Shown here: positions 20,409 through 30,205 of the stretch, one piece after another
How the letters are laid out: each line of letters starts with the position of its first letter
Numbering within the stretch: the first letter of the stretch is position 1
DNA from: an uncultured Gemmatimonadales bacterium
GTDB taxonomy: Bacteria > Gemmatimonadota > Gemmatimonadetes > Longimicrobiales > RSA9
DNA length: 64,000 nucleotides
Direction: 5' to 3'
Assembly: GCA_963741945.1 (NCBI GenBank)
Contig: CAVUKA010000001.1
Location: 576,001 to 640,000 of the forward strand
The notes under the pieces: generated by a model
The model's database searches: none
Told to the model about the DNA's origin: nothing
The model's input: only the letters and a program-made list of their open reading frames with translations
Made by a program: the position numbers and the translations under genes

Positions 20409-21736
20409 GGATAGAGTCGGGTGATTCGGGTCCCAGGATAGTATGTCCCGAGTATCTCGCGATAGGACTGCCCGGCCCGGGCGCGTCCCAGCGCACCGAC
20501 CTGGCACATTCCGATCCCGTGGCCCCAGCCGGCGCCGCGCACGGTCAGATGCGTCACGGAGCCCAGCCCCTCCGGCTCCAGCTCGATGGCCGCGCTGTTC
20601 AGGATCCGGCCGGGCGACGGCCGCAGGATCCAGCGCACCGAGTCGCCGTGGACCACGGTCTCGCCCAGGTTCGTCCGGATCCGCAGCTCCCCCACGCGCC
20701 CCGACGGGGTGCGCCGCATCACCTCGATGTCATCGACGCGCGTGACGGTGCCATCGGTCCGCCCGGCGCCCCGGAGCCCGGCCGTGAGGTCGGCGGCCAG
20801 CCCCGCGGCGTCCCACTCCTCGGTCCAGCGGAAGCGGCTCGAGCTTTCGCAGTACCATCCGCCATCCGGCCGCCAGTCCGAGACGGAGCGGAGGTATGGC
20901 CGCGGCTCGCCCTGCCAGACTTCGTCCAGCGCAGCGGTGCGACCACCGCACGTGGAATGGTAGTACGCCTCGATCGGCTCGCCCTGGTAGACCACCACTT
21001 CCCCACGCGTCTCCCGCACCGCCGCCGTGGCCACGGGGTCCTCCGCCGACTCGCCGCCGTACGCCTGGTCCTGCACGGTGCCGTAGAAGTCGAAGCCGAG
21101 CTCCGAGCGCCGGCCCATCTGCCGGACCGCGTACGTCCTCGCCGCCACCGCCTGCGCTTTCACCGCTTCCAGCTCCTCCGGAGGGCGGCCCGCGCCGATC
21201 TCCAGCGGAACCACGCCCATGAGGTACGATTCCAGGTCCAGCGCGTTCGCCACGGTGACGCCGGTGACGCCGGCGTACACGAGCATGGATCCCCGGTAGG
21301 AGCGCCCGCCCAGCGTGACGCGCCCGCCGCTCGCCGGGCGCGCGACCACCGTCGCGGCACCACGAAGGACGACGGCAGCCGCGGCACCGACCGTCGGCCC
21401 GGCCGCGGGCACCGGCCCGTAGACATCGACGCCGCCGGCACCCGTTCGAACGATCCAGGTGGTGCCCGCTTCGCCGCGGGCGCGAACCACGCCCGCCTGG
21501 TCCACCAGCTCGAGCGCGCCCGTGCCCCCGAGCACCACCGAGTCGGCGGCCACCACCACGCCCACGCGCACCGCCGGCTCCTTGCCCGCCTCGATCCCGG
21601 GGGGCAGCCGCACCGGCCCGGCGCCACCGGCCCGCTCCGGGCGGGGGCCGGCCACGGTGCACGCCGCCAGCACGCCGCCGAGTGCCAGCACCCGGACCAC
21701 GGAATGGCCGCGTACCGCGCGCCGGCCCCCGCTCAC
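20405..21736 (-). CDS. SpoIID/LytB domain lipoprotein (lytic transglycosylase-like)
   Basis: LAAC lipobox, LESYLMGVVPLE, EAVKAQAVAARTYA, YHSTCGG and GWGHGIGMCQ motifs. Confidence 0.92.
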   Translation of the reverse strand: MSGGRRAVRGHSVVRVLALGGVLAACTVAGPRPERAGGAGPVRLPPGIEAGKEPAVRVGVVVAADSVVLGGTGALELVDQAGVVRARGEAGTTWIVRTGAGGVDVYGPVPAAGPTVGAAAAVVLRGAATVVARPASGGRVTLGGRSYRGSMLVYAGVTGVTVANALDLESYLMGVVPLEIGAGRPPEELEAVKAQAVAARTYAVRQMGRRSELGFDFYGTVQDQAYGGESAEDPVATAAVRETRGEVVVYQGEPIEAYYHSTCGGRTAALDEVWQGEPRPYLRSVSDWRPDGGWYCESSSRFRWTEEWDAAGLAADLTAGLRGAGRTDGTVTRVDDIEVMRRTPSGRVGELRIRTNLGETVVHGDSVRWILRPSPGRILNSAAIELEPEGLGSVTHLTVRGAGWGHGIGMCQVGALGRARAGQSYREILGTYYPGTRITRLYP

Positions 21737-23322
21737 ACCCGTCGCGCGCTCAGGTCGTACTCCTCGGCGCCCGTGATCTCCACGTCCACCATGTCGCCCG
21801 GCCGGAGCCCGGCGGCGACCTCGAGCAGGACCACCCCGTCCACTTCCGGCGCCTGCCATGGCGCCCGGGCCACGGCGCCATCCACGTCCACGGCATCCAC
21901 GAGCACCCGCGTCCGCTGGCCCACGCGCGCCTCGTTCCGCTCCAGCGAGATCGCGCGCTGGGCGTCCAGCAGCCGCTCCAGCCGCTCCCGGCGCACGGCC
22001 ATTGGAACCAGGTCCTCCATGGCTGCGGCGGCCGTGTCCTCCTCCTCCGAGTAGGCGAACGCGCCCACGTGGTCGAAGCCCACCTCCTCCAGCAGCGAAA
22101 GCAGCGCGTCGAAATCGTCTTCGGTCTCGCCGGGGAAGCCGACGATCACGGTGGTCCGCAGCGCGAGATCGGGGATGGCGTCGCGCAACCAGCGGACGCG
22201 CTCGAGGATCGTCGCCCGCCGCTCGGGGCGCCTCATGCGCGCCAGCACGGCGTCGGACCCGTGCTGGATCGGCATGTCCAGGTACGGCAGGATCCGCGGC
22301 TCGCGCGCCATGAGCGACACCAGCTCCGGCGTGATCCCCGACGGGTACATGTAGAAGAGCCGGTACCACGGAACGTCCGTCTCGGCCAGCAGCGTCTCCA
22401 GCAGGAGCGGGAGCGCGCCCGTGCGCGTGACGCCTTTGAGCGACGTCGGCCCCGGGCGCACGGGACCGTCAGCGTCGCGTCCGGACAGCCGCTCGCCCAG
22501 CCGGGCGTTGGCCATGCCTTCGAACGGACGGCCGAGGAACCACCCCTCTTCATCGCCCTCCCCGCCGTGCACGGGCGCGGCCTCGCCCCGGGCCAGCGCA
22601 CGGGCCCAGTCGCGGCCGTACCAGGTGGTGTCCTGGCTCACGATGTTGAGCTCCACGGCGCCGCGGGCTTCCAGCGCCTGCGCTTCCCGCACCAGCACGT
22701 CCAGCGGCGTGGAGCGGAACTTCCCGCGCATGAGCGGGATGGCGCAGAACGCGCACGTGTGGTCGCACCCCTCGCTGATCTTCAGGTGCGCCGAATGGAC
22801 GCCGGCATCGCTCGAGCTCAACACCCGGAGCGGCCGCGCCATGAGTGGGCCGTCCACATCGATGAAGCCGCGGCTGGCCAGCTCCGGCACCAGCCGGTCC
22901 GCCTCACTCAACCCCAGGAAGAGGTCCACTTCCGGGATCTCCGCCTCCAGCTCCGGCTTGTAGCGCTGCACCAGGCACCCCATGCCGACCACCGCCCGCA
23001 CCCGCCCCGACTCCTTCAGCCGCGCGGACTCCAGCAGCGCGTCGATGGACTCCTGCTTCGCCATCTCGATGAAACCGCACGTGTTCACCACCACCACGTC
23101 CGCTTCCTCGGGCGACGCCGCGATCTCCACTCCGGCGCCCACCAGCCGGCTCAGCATCCGCTCGCTGTCCACCGTGTTCTTGTCGCACCCGAGCGTGACC
23201 ATCGCCACGCGCGTGCCCGCGGCCACGCCCGCCGCTTCCAGCGCCGCCGACAGCCCGTCGGGGCCGCCACCTTGCTCCCCCTCGTGCGACGGCAGGACCG
23301 GCAGCGACTTCCGCTCAGCCAC
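21733..23322 (-). CDS. rimO: Ribosomal protein S12 methylthiotransferase
   Basis: LGCDKNTVDSE, NTCGFI, KISEGCDHTCAFC, PYLDMPIQH and QAPEVDG (TRAM) motifs. Confidence 0.93.
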   Translation of the reverse strand: MAERKSLPVLPSHEGEQGGGPDGLSAALEAAGVAAGTRVAMVTLGCDKNTVDSERMLSRLVGAGVEIAASPEEADVVVVNTCGFIEMAKQESIDALLESARLKESGRVRAVVGMGCLVQRYKPELEAEIPEVDLFLGLSEADRLVPELASRGFIDVDGPLMARPLRVLSSSDAGVHSAHLKISEGCDHTCAFCAIPLMRGKFRSTPLDVLVREAQALEARGAVELNIVSQDTTWYGRDWARALARGEAAPVHGGEGDEEGWFLGRPFEGMANARLGERLSGRDADGPVRPGPTSLKGVTRTGALPLLLETLLAETDVPWYRLFYMYPSGITPELVSLMAREPRILPYLDMPIQHGSDAVLARMRRPERRATILERVRWLRDAIPDLALRTTVIVGFPGETEDDFDALLSLLEEVGFDHVGAFAYSEEEDTAAAAMEDLVPMAVRRERLERLLDAQRAISLERNEARVGQRTRVLVDAVDVDGAVARAPWQAPEVDGVVLLEVAAGLRPGDMVDVEITGAEEYDLSARRV

Positions 23323-24256
23323 GCTCGATCACCTGCGCGCCGGCGGGAGGCGAGAACTGGAAGAGGCGGTCCGGGAGCGACGGGTTGATCACCAGGCCGC
23401 TCAGGTCGAAGTGGCGCACCACGCCGTTCCCCTCCGTCAGCTCGAACCGGCGGACCAGGTGGTCCCCCCTGTCGATCCATACCTTGAGCCGCTGGTACCC
23501 GGACTCCGCGCGCGGCACCAGCGTCACAACGTCGGCGCTCCGGCCGTCCACCTGCGCCCGCCCCTCGTACGTCGCGGCGAACCGCTGCACCGGGTCACCC
23601 ATGAACTGCGAACGCAGATCCAGCCCCTGAGTCCCCCGCGGCGTGCGGATCACCTGCTTCGGGTCGGTGCTGGGGAAGTACAGCCAGAAATACCGGCCGT
23701 CGCTCACGATCCGATCCCCCTCCGGCTCGCTGAACCGCATCAGGAAATACCCCGGCTCCTTCTGGTACATCGTCCCCCGGGACCGCGTGGTCTGCCCCAG
23801 CAGCGTGTTCTCCAGCACCTGGACGAAATCCGACTGCATCGATGTGACCCGCTCATAGCGGCTCGCCGTGGCACGAAGGATGGCCGCCGTGCTGTCGGCC
23901 GGCGGCTCCGCCGGCGACGTCCCGGCTGGCGACGGCCCGGCTGGCGACGGCCCGGATTGCGGGCTCGCCGCGGCCCGCTCGCTCGGTGAACTCGCCTCGG
24001 GCGCCGCGGCCGTCTCGGTCGCCTCGGCGGGTGAGCTCGCCGCGAGCCGCTCGGCCGGAGCCGGTGGCGACGTCGCCGAGGGCGGGGCGGGAGAGACGGC
24101 CATTGCCGCGGCGTCGTCGCCGGCCCGATCCGCACTCCGGGCCCCAGCCCGGTTCGCGCCCGATTCGGGCGCCTCGGCGCCGCACGCGCCCGCTCCCACC
24201 ACCAGTGCGGCCGCCAGCACCGCCACCCACGACGGCGCGCTCCATCTTGCATTCAT
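23315..24256 (-). CDS. lolA: LolA family lipoprotein carrier with lipobox and long Ala/Pro/Ser linker
   Basis: SDFVQ..SRGTMYQKEPG..RIVSDGRYFWLY..FQFSPPAGAQVI; lies downstream of ftsK as in many bacteria. Confidence 0.85.
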   Translation of the reverse strand: MNARWSAPSWVAVLAAALVVGAGACGAEAPESGANRAGARSADRAGDDAAAMAVSPAPPSATSPPAPAERLAASSPAEATETAAAPEASSPSERAAASPQSGPSPAGPSPAGTSPAEPPADSTAAILRATASRYERVTSMQSDFVQVLENTLLGQTTRSRGTMYQKEPGYFLMRFSEPEGDRIVSDGRYFWLYFPSTDPKQVIRTPRGTQGLDLRSQFMGDPVQRFAATYEGRAQVDGRSADVVTLVPRAESGYQRLKVWIDRGDHLVRRFELTEGNGVVRHFDLSGLVINPSLPDRLFQFSPPAGAQVIERG

Positions 24257-24574
24257 GCGGTTTACCCGCCCGTTTTCGGTGTCCACTTCGCCATTGGATT
24301 CCGCACCGACGTACCCTCCCGCCCCATCCCCCGTTCCGGCGATCCCCCGCGACGCTCGCCCCGGCGGCCGCGCCGCCCGCCATGCCCCTTCGATCCCCCT
24401 CTCCCCGAAAGTCTCTCCACCTGGAGACATCCACGGGCGAGATAATTTTGTAACGTGCTGCGGCATAACCGGTTACGAACAATACGACGGCGCTGGTTCT
24501 CTCCACGTGGAGAGAGTTCCGCCAAGGACACCCCCTCGCCTCGACAGACCGGGGGCGGAGCCGTCGCCCGGGCG

Positions 24575-27001
24575 TCAGGCCTGCGGATCGTCGTCGGCGT
24601 CGGGGTCTCCGGCGGGGACGGGGTGCTGCGGGTCATCGGATTGGCCGGCCATCAGGAGGTCGAGTCCGGCGAGGCCGATGAGGACCTCTCGGGGCTTGGA
24701 GCCGTCGGGCGGGCCGAGCACGCCGGCGTGCTCGAGCTGATCGACGATCCGGGCGGCGCGGCCGTAGCCGATACGGAGCCGTCGCTGGAGCAGCGAGGTG
24801 GAGCCCTGCTCGTGCTGGATGCAGACCTCGGCGGCCTGGCGGAAGAGGTCGTCCCGGTCCTCCAGCGCGTCGTCGATGACGTTCCCGGCGGCCTCGTGCT
24901 CCTTTTCGCGTACCACTTCCAGGATATCGCGCTCGCGGCGGGTGGCCCGCCGGTCCTCGATCTCACGGTCCCGGTACCAGGCCATGAGCCGCTCGGTCTC
25001 GGCCGTGGAGATGAACGCGCCCTGGATGCGCACGGGGTCGGACGTGCCGGGGGGCAGGAAGAGCATGTCGCCGTTGCCCAGGAGGGCGTCGGCGCCGTTC
25101 TGGTCGATGATGGTGCGCGAGTCCACCTTCGAGCTCACGCGGAAGGCGATCCGGCAGGGGAAGTTGGCCTTGATGAGACCGGTGATCACGTTCACGCTCG
25201 GCCGCTGCGTGGCCACGATGAGGTGGATGCCGATGGCGCGGGCCTTCTGTGCCAGCTGCGCCAGAGGCCGCTCGACTTCCGACTGGACGGTCATCATGAG
25301 GTCCGCCAGCTCGTCCACGATCACCACGACGTACGGGAGTGGGCCGTCGCTGTAGATCCAGCGGTCCGGGTCGCCCTCGCGGCCCACGGGCTCCGCGCGG
25401 CGGAGCGTCTTTCCCTCCCGGACCCGGTCGTTGAACTCCTTGATCGAGCGCACGCTGTTCTGGGACAGGAGCTCGTAGCGGCGCTCCATCTCGTACACCG
25501 CCCAGCGCAGCGCGAGGGCGGCGTCCTCCGGGTCCGTCACGACGGGGTGGCGCAGGTGCGGCAGATCGCCGTAGACGCTCAGCTCGACCATCTTCGGGTC
25601 CACCAGCAGCAGCCGCAGCGTTTCGGGCGTGTGCCGGAACACCAGGCTGGTGATGATGGTGTTGATGCACACGCTCTTGCCGGAGCCGGTCGCCCCGGCG
25701 ATGAGCAGGTGGGGCATCTTGGTCAGGTCGGCCACGTGCGGCCGGCCCTCCAGGTCCTTCCCGAGCGCCAGCGGGAGCTGCCCCCGGCTGCGGTGGAACG
25801 CGGGCGCATCCACGATCTCCCGCAGGAAGACCACTTCCGGCTCGGGGTTCGGCACTTCCACCCCCACGGCCGCCTTTCCCGGGATCGGCGCCACGATCCG
25901 CACGCTCGGCGCCTTCAGCGCCAGCGCCAGGTCCGCGTCCAGCGCTTCCACCCGGCTCACCTTGATCCCCGGCGCAGGCGCGAACTCGTACTGCGTCACC
26001 ACGGGGCCGGTGGTGCGCCCCACGATCTGGCCCTGGACCTTGAACGTCTTCAGTGTCTCCAGCAGCACCGTGGCCAGGCGGTCCAGCTCCCGCTCCGTCA
26101 GCACGGGGTCGCGCGCGGGCTTCTCTTCCAGCAGCGGGACGGGCGGCGAGGAGCCGGCCGGCCCCGCGGTCATGGGACCCCGGAACCCGTGGGCCTCCCC
26201 GTCCGCGGTGGGCGGATCCTTCCGCCTCTTGCCCCGATCCCCGCCCTTCCGCCCCGGGACCGCCGCATCGTCCGCGGCCGCCGCGGGCGATGCCGCAGTC
26301 AGCTGCTCCGCCGGTGATGAAACGGCCGCGTCGTGGCCCGCGGGCACCCCGTCGCCCACGTCGCCCTCGTCGCCCTCGTCGCCGCCAATGCCGAGCCAGT
26401 CGAGCGTGCGGCGGAACGGCCCCGCCACTTTCGCCGAATCCAGCGACGAAGCCGCACCGCGCAGCACGCGCGCCCCCGCCGACGCGCCGCCCACGGCGGA
26501 GCGCGCCGGGTTCCATCCGATGGTGGCCACACTGGCGGCCGCGGCCAGGAAGGAGAGCAGGAGCACGGCGCCCACGGCGCCCAGGGCGGAGAGGAGCGGG
26601 GCGCCCATGAACACGCCCCAGATCCCGGCCAGCGCGAGCACGTCATCGCGGCCGAGCGTGAGCACGGCCACGGCCACGGGGAGGAGCAGCGTGACCACCA
26701 CCACGAGGATCCCCCAGCGCAGCGCGGTGCCGGCGCGGAAGCCGAATGCCGCCAGGGCGCCCAGGGCCGGGATGAGCGGGACCAGGTAGACGCCCACGCC
26801 GAGGACGGCCAGCCCGCCGGCCCGGAAGCCGGACCCGAGCACGCCCATGAAGTTCTCGGCCGGAGCCCACGACGCGTCGCCCACCACCGACGTGGGGATG
26901 AGGCTGAGCCCCGCGAACAGCGCCAGCAGGGCCAGCCCGAGCCCCAGGAGGTCGCGCCGCTGCGCCTCCGTAAGCAGCCCGCCATCGCTCTTGGACGCCA
27001 T
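24575..27001 (-). CDS. ftsK: DNA translocase FtsK
   Basis: N-terminal TM helices, PHLLIAGATGSGKS, VDELADLMM, ATQRPSV, gamma domain LQRRLRIGYGRAAR. Confidence 0.97.
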   Translation of the reverse strand: MASKSDGGLLTEAQRRDLLGLGLALLALFAGLSLIPTSVVGDASWAPAENFMGVLGSGFRAGGLAVLGVGVYLVPLIPALGALAAFGFRAGTALRWGILVVVVTLLLPVAVAVLTLGRDDVLALAGIWGVFMGAPLLSALGAVGAVLLLSFLAAAASVATIGWNPARSAVGGASAGARVLRGAASSLDSAKVAGPFRRTLDWLGIGGDEGDEGDVGDGVPAGHDAAVSSPAEQLTAASPAAAADDAAVPGRKGGDRGKRRKDPPTADGEAHGFRGPMTAGPAGSSPPVPLLEEKPARDPVLTERELDRLATVLLETLKTFKVQGQIVGRTTGPVVTQYEFAPAPGIKVSRVEALDADLALALKAPSVRIVAPIPGKAAVGVEVPNPEPEVVFLREIVDAPAFHRSRGQLPLALGKDLEGRPHVADLTKMPHLLIAGATGSGKSVCINTIITSLVFRHTPETLRLLLVDPKMVELSVYGDLPHLRHPVVTDPEDAALALRWAVYEMERRYELLSQNSVRSIKEFNDRVREGKTLRRAEPVGREGDPDRWIYSDGPLPYVVVIVDELADLMMTVQSEVERPLAQLAQKARAIGIHLIVATQRPSVNVITGLIKANFPCRIAFRVSSKVDSRTIIDQNGADALLGNGDMLFLPPGTSDPVRIQGAFISTAETERLMAWYRDREIEDRRATRRERDILEVVREKEHEAAGNVIDDALEDRDDLFRQAAEVCIQHEQGSTSLLQRRLRIGYGRAARIVDQLEHAGVLGPPDGSKPREVLIGLAGLDLLMAGQSDDPQHPVPAGDPDADDDPQA

Positions 27002-27002
27002 G

Positions 27003-27743
27003 CTACTCCAGCGTGATCTTCCGGTCGCGGAATCGCGGGATGACGCCGGTCCTGTCCACCCGCGCGCAGAACTCCAGGTCGGCGCCACGGCCGACCTCCA
27101 CAAGATGGCGTCCAGCGGCCGTGCGTTCCAGCATCAGCGGCAGCTCGTCCATGTGCCGCGCGGCCAGCCCCCTGGCCGCCAGGGCGCCGTCGTTCATGTC
27201 CGGCTCGCCCGTCAGCGCGGCCACCCCTTCCACGATGGCGCCCGCGCACACCGCGTCCTCCAGCGCGAACCGACCTTCGCGGCCGGCACAGACCACGGTC
27301 GCCGCGGCGCCATCGGACAGGCGCCGCGTCACGGCCCCGAGGTTCAGGAACGCGCCCGCCAGGACGGCCGTGGACTCCGTGTCCACCGCGCCGCCCCGTC
27401 GCTCGACCAGCGAAAGGAACGCCCGGGTCCCGTTCGTGGTGGTCATGACCAGCGACAGGTCGGCGACGCGCTCGGGCGTGAACTCCGGCGGCGCGTTCCC
27501 GAGGTCGAACCCCTCGATCGGCAGCGCCTTCCGCTCGCCGCACAGCAGCACCGCGTCGCGCCCGAGGTTCTGGGCCAGGCGGGCCGCGGCATCGGCGGTC
27601 TCCACGGGGAATACGGCTTTCGCGCCGTTGGCCAGCGCTTCGACGATCGTGCTGGTGGCCCGGAGCAGGTCCACCACCACGATCCGGTCCGGCAGCTCGA
27701 CGCCCGCAAGCTCACCCGGCGTGAAGAAGACGTCGACCCTCAC
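27003..27743 (-). CDS. 2-phosphosulfolactate phosphatase (ComB) family protein
   Basis: [28 protein letters not shown] and [10 protein letters not shown] motifs. Confidence 0.9.
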   Translation of the reverse strand: MRVDVFFTPGELAGVELPDRIVVVDLLRATSTIVEALANGAKAVFPVETADAAARLAQNLGRDAVLLCGERKALPIEGFDLGNAPPEFTPERVADLSLVMTTTNGTRAFLSLVERRGGAVDTESTAVLAGAFLNLGAVTRRLSDGAAATVVCAGREGRFALEDAVCAGAIVEGVAALTGEPDMNDGALAARGLAARHMDELPLMLERTAAGRHLVEVGRGADLEFCARVDRTGVIPRFRDRKITLE

Positions 27744-29107
27744 GCGCCGCCGGCCCCCGCTTCCGCCACCATCCGTCGCTCGAGGTAGCGCGTGTCCATC
27801 TTGCCGGCCACCACGGCCGGGTCCTCCAGCAGCTCCAGCAGGAACGGGATCGTGGTCTTCACACCCTCGACGATGAGCGATTCCAGCGCGAGACGCATGC
27901 GCACGATGGACTCCTGCCGGTCCTTCCCATGGACGATCACTTTCGCCAGCAGGGAGTCGTAGTACGGAGGCACGTGGTATCCCTGGTACGCATGCGAGTC
28001 CACCCGCACGCCGGGGCCGCCCGGTGCGTGCCAGATCGTGATCTGGCCCGGGCTCGGCTGGAAGTTCTTCGCCGGGTCCTCCGCGTTGATCCGGCACTCC
28101 AGCGCGTGGCCGTTCAGCACCAGCGGGCCCCGCACCGGGACCGACAGCTTCTCGCCCGCGGCGATCCGGATCTGCTCCTTCACCAGGTCGTACCCCGTCA
28201 CCATCTCGGTCACGGGATGCTCCACCTGGATCCGGGTGTTCATCTCCATGAAATAGAAGCTGCCGTCCTGGTCGAGGAGGAACTCGATCGTGCCCGCGCC
28301 GCGGTAGTTGATGGCCTTCGCGGCGCGCACCGCGGCCGCGCCCATCTTGGCGCGCAGCTTGGGCGACACCGCGGGCGACGGGGACTCCTCCATCAGCTTC
28401 TGATGCCGCCGCTGGATCGAGCATTCGCGCTCGCCCAGGTGCACCACGCGGCCATGCGTGTCGCCGAACACCTGGATCTCCACGTGGCGGGGCCGCTCCA
28501 GGTACTTCTCCAGGTAGACCCTGCTGTCCCCGAACGCTGCGCCCGCTTCGTTCTGCGCCGCCTGCAGCGATTTCGCGAACGTCCCCTCGTCCGGCGCCAC
28601 CCGCATCCCCTTCCCGCCCCCGCCCGCCGCCGCCTTGATCAGCACCGGGAAGCCCAGCTTCCGGGCCGCTTTCAACGCCTCGTCCGGGTCCTCCACCGCC
28701 CCATCACTGCCGGGGACCACCGGGACGTTCTCCCGCATCATGGTGTTCCGGGCCATCGCCTTGTCGCCCATGAGGCGGATCTGGTCCGCCGTGGGGCCGA
28801 TGAAGGCGATGTCGCTCCGCTCGCAGATCTCCGCGAAGTCGGCGTTCTCCGCCAGGAACCCGTACCCCGGGTGAATGGCGTCGGCGCCCGTCACCTCCGC
28901 CGCCGCCATGATGCGCGGGATCTTCAGGTAGCTCTCGCGGGCGGGCGGCGGACCGATGCACACGTCCTCGTCCGCGAAGCGCACGTGCAGCGACTCCCGG
29001 TCGGCCTCGCTGTACACCGCCACCGTCCGGATGCCCATCTCCTGACAGGCCCGGATCACCCGCAGCGCGATCTCGCCGCGGTTCGCGACCAGCACTTTAC
29101 GGAACAT
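27740..29107 (-). CDS. accC: Acetyl-CoA carboxylase, biotin carboxylase subunit
   Basis: [17 protein letters not shown] and [14 protein letters not shown] motifs. Confidence 0.97.
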   Translation of the reverse strand: MFRKVLVANRGEIALRVIRACQEMGIRTVAVYSEADRESLHVRFADEDVCIGPPPARESYLKIPRIMAAAEVTGADAIHPGYGFLAENADFAEICERSDIAFIGPTADQIRLMGDKAMARNTMMRENVPVVPGSDGAVEDPDEALKAARKLGFPVLIKAAAGGGGKGMRVAPDEGTFAKSLQAAQNEAGAAFGDSRVYLEKYLERPRHVEIQVFGDTHGRVVHLGERECSIQRRHQKLMEESPSPAVSPKLRAKMGAAAVRAAKAINYRGAGTIEFLLDQDGSFYFMEMNTRIQVEHPVTEMVTGYDLVKEQIRIAAGEKLSVPVRGPLVLNGHALECRINAEDPAKNFQPSPGQITIWHAPGGPGVRVDSHAYQGYHVPPYYDSLLAKVIVHGKDRQESIVRMRLALESLIVEGVKTTIPFLLELLEDPAVVAGKMDTRYLERRMVAEAGAGGA

Positions 29108-29116
29108 CCGCCCCCG

Positions 29117-29761
29117 TCAACCCTTCGGGTCGATCCGGAACAGCACCTGGCCGTACTCCACCGGCTCGGCGTTGTCCACCAGGATCTCCCGGACCACCCC
29201 TTCCACCTCGGCTTCCAGCTCGTTCATCAGCTTCATCGCTTCGAGAATGCAGAGCGTCTGCCCCTTGCTCACGCGCGATCCCACCTCCACGTACGGCGGC
29301 GCGTCCGGCGCCGGCGCCCGGTAGAAGGTCCCCACCATCGGCGACGGTACGTCCGACAGACCGCTCTCCGCCGCAGCGCCTTCACTCGCCTCGGCCTGCG
29401 CCGCCGCGGAGCCACCCCGCTCTGCGGTGGGCCCGCCCACCGCCTCGTCCACGGCGGGCGCCGGGTTCGGGGCCGGTGGCGCGGGCGCGGGTGGCGGCGG
29501 CGGCGAGAAGTACGTGGCTCCGGGAGGCGCGCTGGGCGGCGTCTTCGAGATTTTCACCCGCGTCCCCGCCCGCGTGATCTCCAGCGAGTCGATGCCGCTC
29601 GCGTCCACGGCCTCGATCAGCCCTTTCACGAATTCGAGATCCACCATTGGCTGCGTCGCTGCCGCCGCCGTTGGCGCCGGGGCCGGAGCGCCCGGGGCTT
29701 CCTCCCCATGCTGCTCCTCACCCGCGTCCGGCTTGGCCGCCGCTGCTCGTGCTCTCGCCAC
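29117..29761 (-). CDS. accB: Biotin carboxyl carrier protein (alternative start ATG about 29646)
   Basis: SPMVGTFY and EAMKLMNE biotinylation motif. Confidence 0.95.
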   Translation of the reverse strand: MARARAAAAKPDAGEEQHGEEAPGAPAPAPTAAAATQPMVDLEFVKGLIEAVDASGIDSLEITRAGTRVKISKTPPSAPPGATYFSPPPPPAPAPPAPNPAPAVDEAVGGPTAERGGSAAAQAEASEGAAAESGLSDVPSPMVGTFYRAPAPDAPPYVEVGSRVSKGQTLCILEAMKLMNELEAEVEGVVREILVDNAEPVEYGQVLFRIDPKG

Positions 29762-29764
29762 GTC

Positions 29765-30205
29765 TCACTCCCCTCTCGAGTTCCGAAGGTGACCGACCAG
29801 CCCGCGCAGCGCGAGCGTGTAGCTGTCCGCGCCGAATCCGGTCACCACCCCCAGCGCCGCCGGCGCCAGCATCGACTCCCGGCGGAACGACTCCCGCGCG
29901 TGCACGTTGCTCATGTGCACCTCCACGAACGGGCGGGCCACCCCCGCCAGCGCATCCCGCAGGGCCACGCTGGTGTGACTGTACCCGCCCGCATTCACCA
30001 CGAAGCCGTCCGCCACCGACGCCTGGATCCGGTCGATCAGCGTGCCCTCGTGGTTCGACTGATACGTCTCGACTTCCACGCCCAGGCGCTCCGCCTCCTC
30101 GCGGATCGCCGCATCGATCTCGTCCAGCGTCCGCCGGCCGTAGACGCCGGGCTCACGGCGCCCCAGCAGGTTCAGGTTCGGCCCGTGCAGGACCTCGAGC
30201 CTCAC
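29765..30205 (-). CDS. aroQ: Type II 3-dehydroquinate dehydratase
   Basis: [21 protein letters not shown] and [11 protein letters not shown] motifs. Confidence 0.96.
   Translation of the reverse strand: MRLEVLHGPNLNLLGRREPGVYGRRTLDEIDAAIREEAERLGVEVETYQSNHEGTLIDRIQASVADGFVVNAGGYSHTSVALRDALAGVARPFVEVHMSNVHARESFRRESMLAPAALGVVTGFGADSYTLALRGLVGHLRNSRGE

Noticed and set aside
24457-24483. dif/Xer site downstream of ftsK (GCGGCATAA-CCGG-TTACGAACAAT)
   Set aside because: The central spacer is 4 bp rather than the 6 bp of dif, and the XerD arm matches poorly.
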